From NCBI GenBank assembly GCA_048882045.1, contig JBHLRZ010000003.1, forward strand, positions 32,001 to 96,000: a stretch of DNA of 64,000 bases, given 5' to 3'. Source of the stretch: Candidatus Thorarchaeota archaeon (GTDB lineage: Archaea > Asgardarchaeota > Thorarchaeia > Thorarchaeales > Thorarchaeaceae). A model generated the notes under the pieces. The model searched no databases. It was not told the DNA's origin and was given only the letters and a program-made list of their open reading frames with translations. Every line of letters begins with the position of its first letter. Within the stretch, counting starts at the first letter, position 1. Positions 39,001-49,365 of this stretch are shown here, one piece after another. A program made the translations under genes and the position numbers.

Positions 39001-40350
39001 TTGAAGAAGCTAGACGTTATTGTTGTCGGAGCAGGCTCAGCTGGTTGTGTAACTGCAAGAAGGTGTACAGAGCTTGGTCTGAAGACACTTCTAGTGGATA
39101 GAAAAAGAAAGGAACTGGTGGGAAAGAAAGTCTGTGGAGATGAAGTAAGCAAGATTCATTTCGACGATACAGGTATTGAATATCCAATGGGAGATGAGAT
39201 CTCCACCGTGATTCAGGGGGCGGATGTGTATCCTCCAAATATGCGTAATGAACTGAAAGTGAGAGGATGGGCAGAGTTTGATGGTTGGACCGTGGACAGA
39301 CTCAGTTTTGGTCAACGATTGCTACAAGAAGCAATCGATGCAGGAGTGCATTTTCAACCTGAAACTCATGTAGGAGGACCAACAGTCAGAGGAGACCAAG
39401 TTACAGGGATAGAGGTCAAGGACAAAGATGGAGAAGAGAAGGTCTATTATGGCAGCGTCGTCGTTGATGCAAGTGGATTTGCAGCAACCATTCGGAACAA
39501 GATCGATAGCGAGCTTATAGAGAACAATATTGACAAGGGAGACATCGCACTATGCTATCGAGAGATACTGAAATTGAAGATGCCCCTTGCGGAGCCGGAG
39601 GTTGCACGGGTGTTTCTCGGAGGAAATGTAGCACCCCAGGGATATGCGTGGATCTTCCCAAAGGGAGTACAGGAAATCAATGCAGGTGTAGGAATAACTG
39701 GCGGAAAAGGCAAAGGGTCTCCAAAGTCACACTTTGAGAAGTTCAAGAAGACCTACCCTCTCCTGTTTAAGAGTTCAGTAATTGATGGGCAAGGTGGAGC
39801 TGTGCCTGTTAGGAGACCTCTCAAGAGTCTTGTTGGAAATGGAGTTGCTTTTGTTGGTGATGCAGCACTTCAGGTGAACCCGATTCATGGAGGAGGTATA
39901 GGGGCTGGAATGCGAGCAGGCATCATACTTGGAGAGGTTATCAAAGGTGCTATTGCACGCAGAAATTTAGAAGCCACTGGGCTTTGGCCTTACAACACAC
40001 GGTATCTCTCAAGCTTTGGGAGTAGATTGGCGTCTCTAGAGATATTCCGTCGTCTACTCCAATCGGTTTCTGATGATGATATGAATTACGGTTTTGAGAG
40101 ACGACTTCTTGAGGCTGAGGACCTCATGGCTGCAAATCGTGGTGATGGAATATCACTGAGTACAATGGAAAAGATGAAACGGATTCGACGTGGAGCAGGG
40201 AGGATATCATTACTTCTCAAGCTTCAGAAGGCCTCAGGTCTTATGAAGAAGATCAGCAAGCTCTATCATGACTATCCTAGAGATCCGAGTGAGCTTGATG
40301 TGTGGGAAAAATCAGTACTAAACATAATCATGTCTGCTAACTTTGAATAA
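39001..40350 (+). CDS. Geranylgeranyl reductase (DGGGPL reductase family)
   Basis: GAGSAG, PQGYAWIFPKG (YxWxFP) and VGDAA...NPIHGGGI motifs. Confidence 0.9.
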   Translation: MKKLDVIVVGAGSAGCVTARRCTELGLKTLLVDRKRKELVGKKVCGDEVSKIHFDDTGIEYPMGDEISTVIQGADVYPPNMRNELKVRGWAEFDGWTVDRLSFGQRLLQEAIDAGVHFQPETHVGGPTVRGDQVTGIEVKDKDGEEKVYYGSVVVDASGFAATIRNKIDSELIENNIDKGDIALCYREILKLKMPLAEPEVARVFLGGNVAPQGYAWIFPKGVQEINAGVGITGGKGKGSPKSHFEKFKKTYPLLFKSSVIDGQGGAVPVRRPLKSLVGNGVAFVGDAALQVNPIHGGGIGAGMRAGIILGEVIKGAIARRNLEATGLWPYNTRYLSSFGSRLASLEIFRRLLQSVSDDDMNYGFERRLLEAEDLMAANRGDGISLSTMEKMKRIRRGAGRISLLLKLQKASGLMKKISKLYHDYPRDPSELDVWEKSVLNIIMSANFE

Positions 40351-40354
40351 TAGA

Positions 40355-40379
40355 GAAGATGGCCAATCAGACCATCTTC
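40355..40379. terminator. Hairpin between convergent GGR and radA
   Basis: 8-bp inverted repeat GAAGATGG/CCATCTTC. Confidence 0.5.
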
Positions 40380-40391
40380 AGTATCACTCAT

Positions 40392-41444
40392 CTATGCAAC
40401 GTCACGTATACCTTCCTTCAAGACAGTGAAGACTGCTTCACCTTCGGGGAGGTTAGGTGAGTCGACAAGACGACAGATTCGTCGTTCTCCCTTTGACTTT
40501 CGCAGATAGCATCGAGTCTGAGGTACGTGTGCCAAGACATGTCCACCAACTGGAGCCGTTGGATCTCCGAAGAATGCGTCGGGTCTAGACATTACCTGGT
40601 TTGTGATGTACACAGCTAGATTGTTTATCTCAGCACCTCTCTGCAGATGGTGAAGATGCTTGTTGAGCTTCTGCTGTCTGGCAGCTAGAGTACCTCTGCC
40701 AGTATACTCTGCCCTAAAGTGACTCGTTACTGAGTCCACGATGAGAAGCTTGGCATTGGCTTCAGTAGCCATCTCCATTGCTTGATCACACAGAAGGATT
40801 TGGTGATCGGAGTTGTATGCACGTGCCCAGACTACATTCTTTAGGACCTTGGATGTGTCCATACCAAGTGCTTCAGCCATGTCCACTAGACGTTCGGGTC
40901 TAAATGTTCCTTCGGTATCAACATAGATAGCGGTTGCATTCAAGCCACCCTCCTCAGGTGGTCTTTGTACATTGACAGCTAGTTGATGAGCCATCTGAGT
41001 CTTTCCAGACCTGAATGACCCGTACATCTCAGTAATGCTCTGAGTTTCGAGTCCACCACCGAACATCTCGTCTAGTGCCTTTGATCCTGTAGAGATCCGA
41101 CCGGCTGTCTTTCGTCGTTCGAGAAGAATGTCAGCGGTTTCGAAACCAATTTCCAACATTTCACGAGCAGCCTTGATGATTTTCGTGGCGGTGGTTTCAC
41201 CAATAGAACCTGCAGCGGCAAGCTCACCAGGTGTTGCAACAGCGATTGCCTCTACACTCTTGTAACCATTCTCAGCCAGCCGTTTTCCAATTGCTGGTCC
41301 GACGCCTGGAAGATCAGTGACCTCTAGTCCTGAGATTCCTTCATCGCCACTATAATCGTCTAAGGATGCTGATTCTTCCGAATCCCCTTCGAAATCTTCG
41401 TAATCCAATTCCTCGTCTGCTTCATCTGCTTTTTTCTTTGACAT
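40392..41444 (-). CDS. radA: DNA repair and recombination protein RadA
   Basis: HhH N-terminal domain, GFETA polymerisation motif, [19 protein letters not shown] and YITNQV. Confidence 0.97.
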   Translation of the reverse strand: MSKKKADEADEELDYEDFEGDSEESASLDDYSGDEGISGLEVTDLPGVGPAIGKRLAENGYKSVEAIAVATPGELAAAGSIGETTATKIIKAAREMLEIGFETADILLERRKTAGRISTGSKALDEMFGGGLETQSITEMYGSFRSGKTQMAHQLAVNVQRPPEEGGLNATAIYVDTEGTFRPERLVDMAEALGMDTSKVLKNVVWARAYNSDHQILLCDQAMEMATEANAKLLIVDSVTSHFRAEYTGRGTLAARQQKLNKHLHHLQRGAEINNLAVYITNQVMSRPDAFFGDPTAPVGGHVLAHVPQTRCYLRKSKGERRICRLVDSPNLPEGEAVFTVLKEGIRDVA

Positions 41445-41463
41445 CCAGAAGACCTCCCAATAT

Positions 41464-41494
41464 CACTCAATCCTGCGATCACATGGATTGAGTG
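41464..41494 (-). promoter_or_regulatory. Inverted repeat just upstream of the radA ribosome-binding site
   Basis: CACTCAATCC-N11-GGATTGAGTG, a perfect 10-bp inverted repeat. Confidence 0.45.
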
Positions 41495-41592
41495 TGGATG
41501 TAGACATCATAGAATCGATTGACTCAGTATAAAAATGGCACTAGTGAACAAACCGAGTGATGTGGATATATCGTGCGAGAACGAGTCTTCAG

Positions 41593-41901
41593 CTAGCTTC
41601 GTGTCAGAGTTACTAGAATGAACTCTTCTTGGGGTGCAATTCGGATGCCGCCCATGTTTGTCTGAATCTGAATGAAGGCTAGTTCGCCGCCTTCCTTTAC
41701 GCCCTTGACGATTTCCCAAGTCTTACCAATCAAAGCGCTGAGAAGAGCAGAGATCTCTTCGGCTCGTTCCAGGGTGACTCCCCAAGTATTGATTGGAAAC
41801 CCTTCTGGACTGATGAAGAGAGCGGCATAAACATCAGGAAACTTGCTGGTAATATTCTGAATGATTCGCTCGAAAATCTCACGCTTTGGCATCGCTGTCA
41901 T
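41593..41901 (-). CDS. Roadblock/LC7 domain protein
   Basis: AALFISPEGFPI...ISALLSAL...GELAFIQIQT..G.I...FILVTL. Confidence 0.85.
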   Translation of the reverse strand: MTAMPKREIFERIIQNITSKFPDVYAALFISPEGFPINTWGVTLERAEEISALLSALIGKTWEIVKGVKEGGELAFIQIQTNMGGIRIAPQEEFILVTLTRS

Positions 41902-42153
41902 GTGTTTAGTACACTCCGTAGCAGTTTCGCGGTGTTCTAGTATCTCAAAGATGTTAAATGGACAAAGAAAAAGCTTGTTGTCATAAACTTGAATCTTTCC
42001 TCAAGTGGTCGGATGTACTGGAGAGGATACAATTGGATGATGCGCTCACGTTTCAACTTGTCTTCGTGGTTCTTTTTTGATGTTTCATATTATTCTGAGG
42101 ATTTCCGTCCTGGGGTTAGAAGAAACACTGAATAAAGTGTGTAGAAGCTCTGA

Positions 42154-42795
42154 TTGCAAACGGTGAATCAAGTGAAATACCATGATGAAAGTCTTGACTT
42201 GACAGGAAGGAGTGTAACAGCTTCTCGCATCATCTCCAGACTAACTCCAGCTCCTTTGATCAATCTCTATGTTGGGATCATCCTTTCTCTTTTCTCTCCT
42301 ATCGGATTAGGACCAGTCCTAGATCCCCCCTCATCCATACTGATTTGTTTGGCAATCATGGTCATTCTCCCGATTGTACCAATTGTCTATGAAGCATGGA
42401 AAGGGAACGTGGATCTAGACGTATCAAAGCGTGAGAGCAGAACAAGATTCTTCATTTTCTCTATGATGTGCGATGTCCTCGCATATTCGGTGTATTCGAT
42501 ACTAGGTTGTCTTATCATGAGTACACTAGCAGCTGCTTATTTTTCTGTAACCTTAGGAATCACTATTGTAAGTCAAAGATGGAAAATCTCTGTCCATGCT
42601 GCGGGAGTTGGAGGACCTGGCACAGCCCTGATCTATGTATATGGACCAACTGCGCTACTTGTGATTCTAGTTTGGGCTGCTGTAGTTTGGTCAAGAGTGA
42701 CTCTCAAACAACACAATACCGAACAGACTCTAGCTGGAGTTATTCTCTCAACTGCAATCACAGTTGTCACTTATTTGGTACTATATCACCCATGA
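42154..42795 (+). CDS. PAP2-like membrane protein
   Basis: WKISVHAAG and WSRVTLKQH motifs; about 6 TM helices. Confidence 0.7.
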   Translation: MQTVNQVKYHDESLDLTGRSVTASRIISRLTPAPLINLYVGIILSLFSPIGLGPVLDPPSSILICLAIMVILPIVPIVYEAWKGNVDLDVSKRESRTRFFIFSMMCDVLAYSVYSILGCLIMSTLAAAYFSVTLGITIVSQRWKISVHAAGVGGPGTALIYVYGPTALLVILVWAAVVWSRVTLKQHNTEQTLAGVILSTAITVVTYLVLYHP

Positions 42796-42901
42796 TATCT
42801 CGAATGCGCAATTACTGATTTTGTACCAAGTTTCTTCATATGTATAGCATCTGAGTTTAAAATGCAGGTCAAACTGTAAATTATGGAAACGCGGTTTCAA
42901 A

Positions 42902-44158
42902 ATGCAAGACCAGATACTATGCCCAGAGTGTGGAAAACGGATTAGAAGAGGTTCCACATTTTGTATTGGCTGCGGGAAGAAGATTCCTGAGAACACGCCA
43001 CTTGCACCCCCAGAACCGGATCTTGGAGAAACCACTATGAACGAACCTAGTGAATCAAATGATGAACTCCCGAGCCTGGAAGAATCAGGCCTTGAGGCTA
43101 TTGAAGAAGAGGCCGCTCATACTACAACTGATAGTCTATCAGCTGATGATGAGTTGACTTGGGAAGAACCACCTGCTTCTCCAGCTCCAGAACCCGCAAC
43201 GGAAGACCTGAGTTGGGACGATAATACGCTACCAGTCACTGAAGATACTCCAGCTGAGGACTTGTCTCTAATTGAAGCAAGTGAACCTGAGATTGAAGCA
43301 AAAGCTGAAGACTCTGGAGGTCGAAGTACTGATCTTGTTTGGGAGGATGATGAGATTAAAGTGGGCATGCCCTTCAAAGAAGTAGCTCCACCAAGGATCT
43401 ATGATGAGGAGGTCTCGATAACTACAGAAGAAGCGCTTGAACACCTCTTTCCAGATGGTGTGCCTACAGAAGTTCGTGAGGAAACAAAGGAAGCTGTAGA
43501 ACACCTATTTCCCGAGGGAAGAGGTAGCACAACTACAACCTTCATTGATGTTGTAGTTGGAAAGCCTTCAAAGATTGGTCCTTCGTCAATGAAGGAACTT
43601 CAGATACCTGCATGCCCAAACTGTGGAATAGATCTCACTTCTGATGATTTTGAATACCCAGACTATGTCTTTGATGCGATGGGAAGAGCCAGACTTGAAC
43701 ATGGAGAACATCACCTCAAGGAGAACGAACATGAAAAAGCCATTGAATCATTTGAGATGGCGAAGATGCTCTTTGAGAAGGCTGGAAATGAGAAGGGAGT
43801 CCAGGAAAGTGTGAAGCGAGTGGATCTTGGCTACGATGCTATGGCTCGATTCCACTTTGACCAAGGCGAGAACCATCTAAAGGTCCAGGAATATGAATGG
43901 GCAATTGTCCAATTCAGGAAGGCAAGGGAACTCTATATGTTCAGCACTGATGCTAAGAAAAGAGCCCGATGTACAGAGAAGGTCCGAGAATCATATATCG
44001 AGTGGGGTAAGACACTTGAATCTGATGGCGATGGACTATCAAAGGATGGTCATTCAAGAGATGCACTGTCTAAGTACCAAGAAGCAGCTGACAAGTATCG
44101 TCATGGCGAGGATAAAAAACGCCTCCGAGGTCTCGAGAAGAAAATTCGCAAAGCCTAG
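42902..44158 (+). CDS. Zinc-ribbon + acidic disordered linker + TPR/SNAP-like repeat protein
   Basis: CPECG...FCIGCG N-terminus and C-terminal helical repeats (AIESFEMA, AIVQFRKA, ALSKYQEA). Confidence 0.7.
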   Translation: MQDQILCPECGKRIRRGSTFCIGCGKKIPENTPLAPPEPDLGETTMNEPSESNDELPSLEESGLEAIEEEAAHTTTDSLSADDELTWEEPPASPAPEPATEDLSWDDNTLPVTEDTPAEDLSLIEASEPEIEAKAEDSGGRSTDLVWEDDEIKVGMPFKEVAPPRIYDEEVSITTEEALEHLFPDGVPTEVREETKEAVEHLFPEGRGSTTTTFIDVVVGKPSKIGPSSMKELQIPACPNCGIDLTSDDFEYPDYVFDAMGRARLEHGEHHLKENEHEKAIESFEMAKMLFEKAGNEKGVQESVKRVDLGYDAMARFHFDQGENHLKVQEYEWAIVQFRKARELYMFSTDAKKRARCTEKVRESYIEWGKTLESDGDGLSKDGHSRDALSKYQEAADKYRHGEDKKRLRGLEKKIRKA

Positions 44159-44160
44159 AT

Positions 44161-45084
44161 TCATAATGTAGTTCTTGGTTTGAACCCAGTAAGTCTGAGT
44201 ATATTGTCTTTGAATATTAGATCGATGTCCTCTTGTGTATAATCAAATTTGGGCAAGAGTGATTTCACAGCATTGTATTGTTCCTCAAGAATGTTGTATC
44301 TGAAACCTCTTGGGAAAAATGAAGAGTCCGTCCCGAACACCACTCTGCAAGAAGCACCTGCTGTGAGTGCTCTATCAAAGATTTTAGTGATATCAAGATC
44401 GACATCAAGATAATTCCTCCAGTTGTTTGATCCACTAGTATCCATGACAACGTTGTGCGTCTGATACATCAACATCAATACTTCACGGAAGAATCCAGCC
44501 CCGAAGTGAGCAATCATGAAGTTCAACTCTGGATAATCTTGTGCAGGCTTCTGAATATCGAGAGGATTTCCATACCGTAGGTTCGCTTGTGTTCCAATTG
44601 TGATTCCAAAGTGGAGAATCACGAGTAGGTTTTGGTTCTTCGCCTCTTCATAGATTGGATAGACTCGCTCATCATAGACATGAAAATCCCATGAACTTGG
44701 ATATAGCTTGATACCCTGGAATCCGTCTCTACCTGCGCGTTTCACCATGTCCACAGCATTATCTTCTGCAGGATTGATATTTGCATATCCTAGAAATCGT
44801 CCAGGGAATCTCTTCCTTGTTTCATTGAATTCATCCCAGACCTCTTCTCCAATCATCATCCCTATTGCTGTGATACCGTACTTGTCTAACTCATCAGCCC
44901 ACATCTGTCCTGCATCCCAATTCTCATCAGGTATGGTCAATTGGGGCATGTCTGTCTGAAAGGAAACACGATTCTGCATCCGCTCCATAGATGCTCCGCT
45001 TTCAAGCCATCGCTTTATCGTGTCGTAAGTGAAGAAATGAGCGTGGCTGTCTATGACCTCTGTTCCAACCTTTGAAACTATCAT
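44161..45084 (-). CDS. Amidohydrolase_2 family metal-dependent hydrolase
   Basis: IDSHAH, GIKLYP, ILHFG, IAHFG and FGTDS motifs. Confidence 0.9.
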   Translation of the reverse strand: MIVSKVGTEVIDSHAHFFTYDTIKRWLESGASMERMQNRVSFQTDMPQLTIPDENWDAGQMWADELDKYGITAIGMMIGEEVWDEFNETRKRFPGRFLGYANINPAEDNAVDMVKRAGRDGFQGIKLYPSSWDFHVYDERVYPIYEEAKNQNLLVILHFGITIGTQANLRYGNPLDIQKPAQDYPELNFMIAHFGAGFFREVLMLMYQTHNVVMDTSGSNNWRNYLDVDLDITKIFDRALTAGASCRVVFGTDSSFFPRGFRYNILEEQYNAVKSLLPKFDYTQEDIDLIFKDNILRLTGFKPRTTL

Positions 45085-45172
45085 CTATATCCCACACAAA
45101 ATTGTCTATTGTTATCCTGATTGTCACTCTATCAGTAATAAGAGCTCTCTTGTGGCATAGAAAGGATGTCTC

Positions 45173-47344
45173 TTAGATCCAGTCGCCAGTTTCAAGTTTG
45201 CGTGGAAGATATACATCCGTCAGATACTCAAAGCTGTGACTGGCAAATGCCTGGATCTCAGCTTTCTCCTTGAGTTGTAACATAAGACGGAGATCCTTGA
45301 CCCACTCTTTGTTTTGTTGGACGAATGGCTCTTTCAGCATATCCTTCACTCGTTTCATGTCGGTCGGTTGCATGGGGATTCTGACTGATTTTGGAATATT
45401 ATATTCATCTAGATCTCGGCTTAATACTCCCAAGAGTTTGAGTTCAGGAGTTGCGATGAATGGTGACTCATAGCTAAGACGTTTACTACCTCTCAAGAAT
45501 ACAGAGTAGATATAGTGCCCATATGGATCAGAGTCGACCAAAGCAAAAGCGGGAATTTCTAGCTCCTTTACTAGCATCTTCAAAAATGCTCGCGTGGCAA
45601 TATCTCCAGAACCTTTTCCTGTCAGTACAATGCAGGGCTGACGATTCCAATACTTAGCCTCTGCAAGCCGCATCACTGCAGCATCTTTCTCTGAGAGGAT
45701 GATAAACTCAGCATCGCTTTCGACAATCTCGAGTTGATCCAGGAAGGGGGTCACAGCCCAACCGCCTGTACCCATTTTGGTAAGGTCGATGAGGTCCCCA
45801 CCATCTCTAATTGTGACTCGGCCCATTGCTGATCCTCGAGCTGATGCAACGACATGGATACTATCTCGAGTAGTCTGGATCATGGATGCGACATCTTCGA
45901 TTATTTTGTCACTGTATTTTTGCTCTCGAAAGAGATTGACATCACTATAGTAGACCTCTCGTTTCGTAGCATGAAGTTTAGACTTGAGCAAGTTGAATAC
46001 GATTTCCATGACCCTGGCCGTACGGGTCGCATCTACAACGGATGCAAGTGAATGGTACGGTCTAGAAATTGTCTTCATTCCTAATAGCAAAAGATCACGA
46101 ATCTCATCCCAAACGATATTGTCACCACTTCTGCTCGGGATATCAAAGGCAGGTCTGCCTGTCATCATTGTTTCATTCAGGATATCGAGTGCAGTATCAA
46201 CGATTCTTTCGGTAGTGTCATCAGCTGTGAGATTTACAACCTCGACTGTTTCGAGAAGGGGTGTAGCATCTTCAGGTAGTGGCGATTTCACTTTCTCCTC
46301 AGCAGTTGCCCATTTCTCCTTCATTTCCACAGCGAACTCAGCCACAGCTTTTGGAACGGGTAAACCTGATTCCTTCTTGATAGGTTTAGCCTTCTTTCTC
46401 TTAGGGGTAGGTTTTGCTTTCTTCACTGGTTTCTTTGGCGTAGGTGCCTTCTTCGGAGCTGCTTTCTTCTTTGACTTTTTGGCCGCAGGTTCCATAGGAA
46501 TCTCTTCCTCAACTGGTTGTTCCTTCTCTGGTGCTTCAACAGTCTTGGCAGATGCAACAACTTTGAGTGTTTCAGGTTCTCCAGTAATTCGTGCAACTTC
46601 CTGAGAATGAATTAGTTCCTTAGCTGCAACAACTATCTGCTCAGCTTTTGTAGAACTCAAACCGTCCACCTTATTTGCGATATTACTTGGACTTGCCCTA
46701 GCGATTCTTGCTACAGAATCATATCCTGCCCTCTCCATAGAGAGAGCGAGCTTTGAACCCAACCCAGGAACATCAGTAAGTGCAATCTTAGGAGGCAAAA
46801 CTTCTTCAGCTTCTTCAGAACCCTCCACTGGTGGTTCAGCTGTGGGGAGAGCCTTACTCTTATTCACCAAGTCCTTCGCAGCATCCACAAGGTTCTTTGC
46901 CCCTGTCGCGCTGAGACCCTCAACCTTCTTAGCGATTGAGGAAGACCTAGCACGGGATATCTTCTCCACCGTTTCGTATTTAGCTTTGATTAGCCTCTCC
47001 TCTAGCTTCGACCCTACGCCAGGGAGCTGCTTGAGACTGAATTCACTCTCTGGAACAGGAGGTTGTGCAATTTTCTTTTTAGCTTGTTTCTTCTTTGCTG
47101 GGGCTTTTTTCTGCGTGGCTGGCTTTTTCTTCTTGGGAGGTTCTTTCTTTTCTGGAGTCTTCTTGGTTGTCTTCTTCTTTGGTTTTGCTGAGGACTTCTT
47201 CTTGCTCGAATCTTTCTTCGGTGTTTTTTTAGCAGTCTTCTTGGTTGTCTTCTTGGTTGTCTTCTTCTTTTTGTCCTCGCCAAGTACCTCTCCAAGTGTT
47301 GCCTGAACAGTTTCAGGCTTCTTCTTCGACTTCTTGCGGCTCAT
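45173..47344 (-). CDS. top6A: DNA topoisomerase VI subunit A (Spo11 homologue) with a long Lys-rich/HhH N-terminal extension
   Basis: TKREVYY (catalytic Tyr), EKDA, TGKG, DSDPYG and KAEIQA motifs. Confidence 0.93.
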   Translation of the reverse strand: MSRKKSKKKPETVQATLGEVLGEDKKKKTTKKTTKKTAKKTPKKDSSKKKSSAKPKKKTTKKTPEKKEPPKKKKPATQKKAPAKKKQAKKKIAQPPVPESEFSLKQLPGVGSKLEERLIKAKYETVEKISRARSSSIAKKVEGLSATGAKNLVDAAKDLVNKSKALPTAEPPVEGSEEAEEVLPPKIALTDVPGLGSKLALSMERAGYDSVARIARASPSNIANKVDGLSSTKAEQIVVAAKELIHSQEVARITGEPETLKVVASAKTVEAPEKEQPVEEEIPMEPAAKKSKKKAAPKKAPTPKKPVKKAKPTPKRKKAKPIKKESGLPVPKAVAEFAVEMKEKWATAEEKVKSPLPEDATPLLETVEVVNLTADDTTERIVDTALDILNETMMTGRPAFDIPSRSGDNIVWDEIRDLLLLGMKTISRPYHSLASVVDATRTARVMEIVFNLLKSKLHATKREVYYSDVNLFREQKYSDKIIEDVASMIQTTRDSIHVVASARGSAMGRVTIRDGGDLIDLTKMGTGGWAVTPFLDQLEIVESDAEFIILSEKDAAVMRLAEAKYWNRQPCIVLTGKGSGDIATRAFLKMLVKELEIPAFALVDSDPYGHYIYSVFLRGSKRLSYESPFIATPELKLLGVLSRDLDEYNIPKSVRIPMQPTDMKRVKDMLKEPFVQQNKEWVKDLRLMLQLKEKAEIQAFASHSFEYLTDVYLPRKLETGDWI

Positions 47345-49365
47345 TCGCTCTCGCCTCCTTCTGCTGCAACTTCTTCTTCATCATCAAGGGAGATATCAGC
47401 CACAAGATCAGAACCGACTGTATCTCTCTCAGTTTCTTCTTGGTCTGCTTGAGTTTCAAACCCAGTTATCGAATCTCTCAGTCTGCTAGCGATTGTTTCA
47501 GCATCGAACTTGGGTTTTTTATGACCATCATTGACAATCGCAACAAGACTCTGAGCGAATTGATCTGCGTACATGGCGAGAATTCCTGCTCGTTTTGCCT
47601 TTCTCTGAGCAGTTTCACGTCTTGTGATGAATCGTCTGAATCGTCTTCCAGCATCTTCAAGTGCTAGTTTGATTTCACGGAGTAAGACTTCGTCTTCAGC
47701 AAGGGCTTGCTTACTCTGTCCTTTGAACATGACGTGGACATAGGCTCCTGCAACATGAATGAAGACCATTATTGGTCCACGTGGAATTCCATTGTCGAAA
47801 GTTGCTACCTTGTAGTTTTTCCAGTTGACAGATGCAGTTGCTTTCCAAGTTGCACAGTCACTGTTATCTCTCAATTTTGGTACACGATTAACAAAACGCC
47901 AGAGAACCATTGGAGCAGAGCTTGCAGGTTTGATCTCTCCTCCATAAGCGATACAGACCTCGACTGCAAACGAGAGACCCTTTCCTGATGTTGGTTTTCG
48001 AGTCACAGCTGTTGCAAAGTCGGGTTTGTAAGCCATTTTGATTGTCTGCTCGAAGACCTCCTCACCAACAGGGACCACTGTGTCTGTAGGTGGAGCGATA
48101 TAGTCCTCATTTGAGAATGAGCGATATAACAGTTCGACTTCTGTCTTGGAAAGTGAATCAGTCGGTGTACTCATTTTTAGATCATCGAGATGACGTCTTC
48201 TGAGATCTTTGCTAGCATTCGAAACAATTGTCTTTGCCTTATTAGAACTCAATCTGCAGAATGCCTTTGTAAGGAATCCTCTCAGATCAGACTCTCGAGT
48301 TTCACGAAGCAAGTCTTGGAACTCACCAATTCTGATGCTTGCAGGATGAGGTTGCGCGTACTTTGGTTCCTCAGGGAACTGATTCACCTTTCTTGGGAAG
48401 ATGTTGACTTGTCCATATGGATCGATGAATATGATGGTGACATGGGAATTTAGAAGGGAGGCCATCTCACAATAGATATCAGCATACCCCCTTCTGTATT
48501 GAATATTGAGATAATAGAGCTTAATGAATGTACCATGATGGAACGGGAGATCCATGTCAACTGGACCACCAACATGGTCCTTTGTGTTTGCTGTGGTTGT
48601 GTAGAAGTTAGTAACAGTAGCCGCGTCTGAGTTGAATCGTTTTGAAATAGTGAATATCGGTTTACCAGTTGTGTTCTGAGCGTCGCTGAATGCAGATGGC
48701 GCTCCAAATCCCTGGCTACCTCTAGTTTGTCGAAGTTTCTCGGATTTACTTGAGGCGAGATAAATCCCAAATTTCTCTAGGTCTCTGGCAATCATTCCAA
48801 CTCCAGTATCGAAGCATGAGAACTCATACACCTTGAAGCCTTCTTCATCATCTATCGGGACTAGGTCCGGCATCTGGACCTCCTTCAGTTCAATGACCAC
48901 TAAGGGTTCACGCTTGGTCAATAGAGGACGAAGCGGAGCAACAAACTTCCGGAACTCAGTTATTCCGTCATCTATCGTTTCTTTGCGTCGTGGAGGAATT
49001 TCAACCTCTTTACCAGCCTTGACATCCCGTTCTAGTTGCTTACTTAGTGCTATAGTATCGATCTGACCCTCTTGGAGTTTTGCGCGTACTTCTTCGACGA
49101 CTGCAGGATCAAGTTGGTCCTGTAGACGAGGTCGTCTGCTAGCCTTCCACCACCAGCTCTCCAAGGCATCAATAGCATTGTCAAGAAACTCGATTGCATA
49201 TTGCGTATGTTTATTCAGTCCAGTTTCAAAACCCACTAGTTGAGTTCTCTTTCTCATGAATTTGGCTATCGTACCCTGCTTGATGTCTCCTGTATCTGTT
49301 CTAGTGGGAGTCGGTGCAGGTTGCGCCTTCTTGGGTGGTTTCTTCGATTTCTTCTTTGAGCTCAA
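47341..49365 (-). CDS. top6B: DNA topoisomerase VI subunit B
   Basis: GHKL motifs EFLDNAIDA, DTGVGM and RGSQGFG, plus PHP, RFVNRVP and GQSKQA. Confidence 0.93.
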   Translation of the reverse strand: MSSKKKSKKPPKKAQPAPTPTRTDTGDIKQGTIAKFMRKRTQLVGFETGLNKHTQYAIEFLDNAIDALESWWWKASRRPRLQDQLDPAVVEEVRAKLQEGQIDTIALSKQLERDVKAGKEVEIPPRRKETIDDGITEFRKFVAPLRPLLTKREPLVVIELKEVQMPDLVPIDDEEGFKVYEFSCFDTGVGMIARDLEKFGIYLASSKSEKLRQTRGSQGFGAPSAFSDAQNTTGKPIFTISKRFNSDAATVTNFYTTTANTKDHVGGPVDMDLPFHHGTFIKLYYLNIQYRRGYADIYCEMASLLNSHVTIIFIDPYGQVNIFPRKVNQFPEEPKYAQPHPASIRIGEFQDLLRETRESDLRGFLTKAFCRLSSNKAKTIVSNASKDLRRRHLDDLKMSTPTDSLSKTEVELLYRSFSNEDYIAPPTDTVVPVGEEVFEQTIKMAYKPDFATAVTRKPTSGKGLSFAVEVCIAYGGEIKPASSAPMVLWRFVNRVPKLRDNSDCATWKATASVNWKNYKVATFDNGIPRGPIMVFIHVAGAYVHVMFKGQSKQALAEDEVLLREIKLALEDAGRRFRRFITRRETAQRKAKRAGILAMYADQFAQSLVAIVNDGHKKPKFDAETIASRLRDSITGFETQADQEETERDTVGSDLVADISLDDEEEVAAEGGESE

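Noticed and set aside
45984-47306. Phe/Leu-rich plus-strand ORFs that look like membrane proteins
   Set aside because: Antisense shadows of the Lys-rich Top6A extension.
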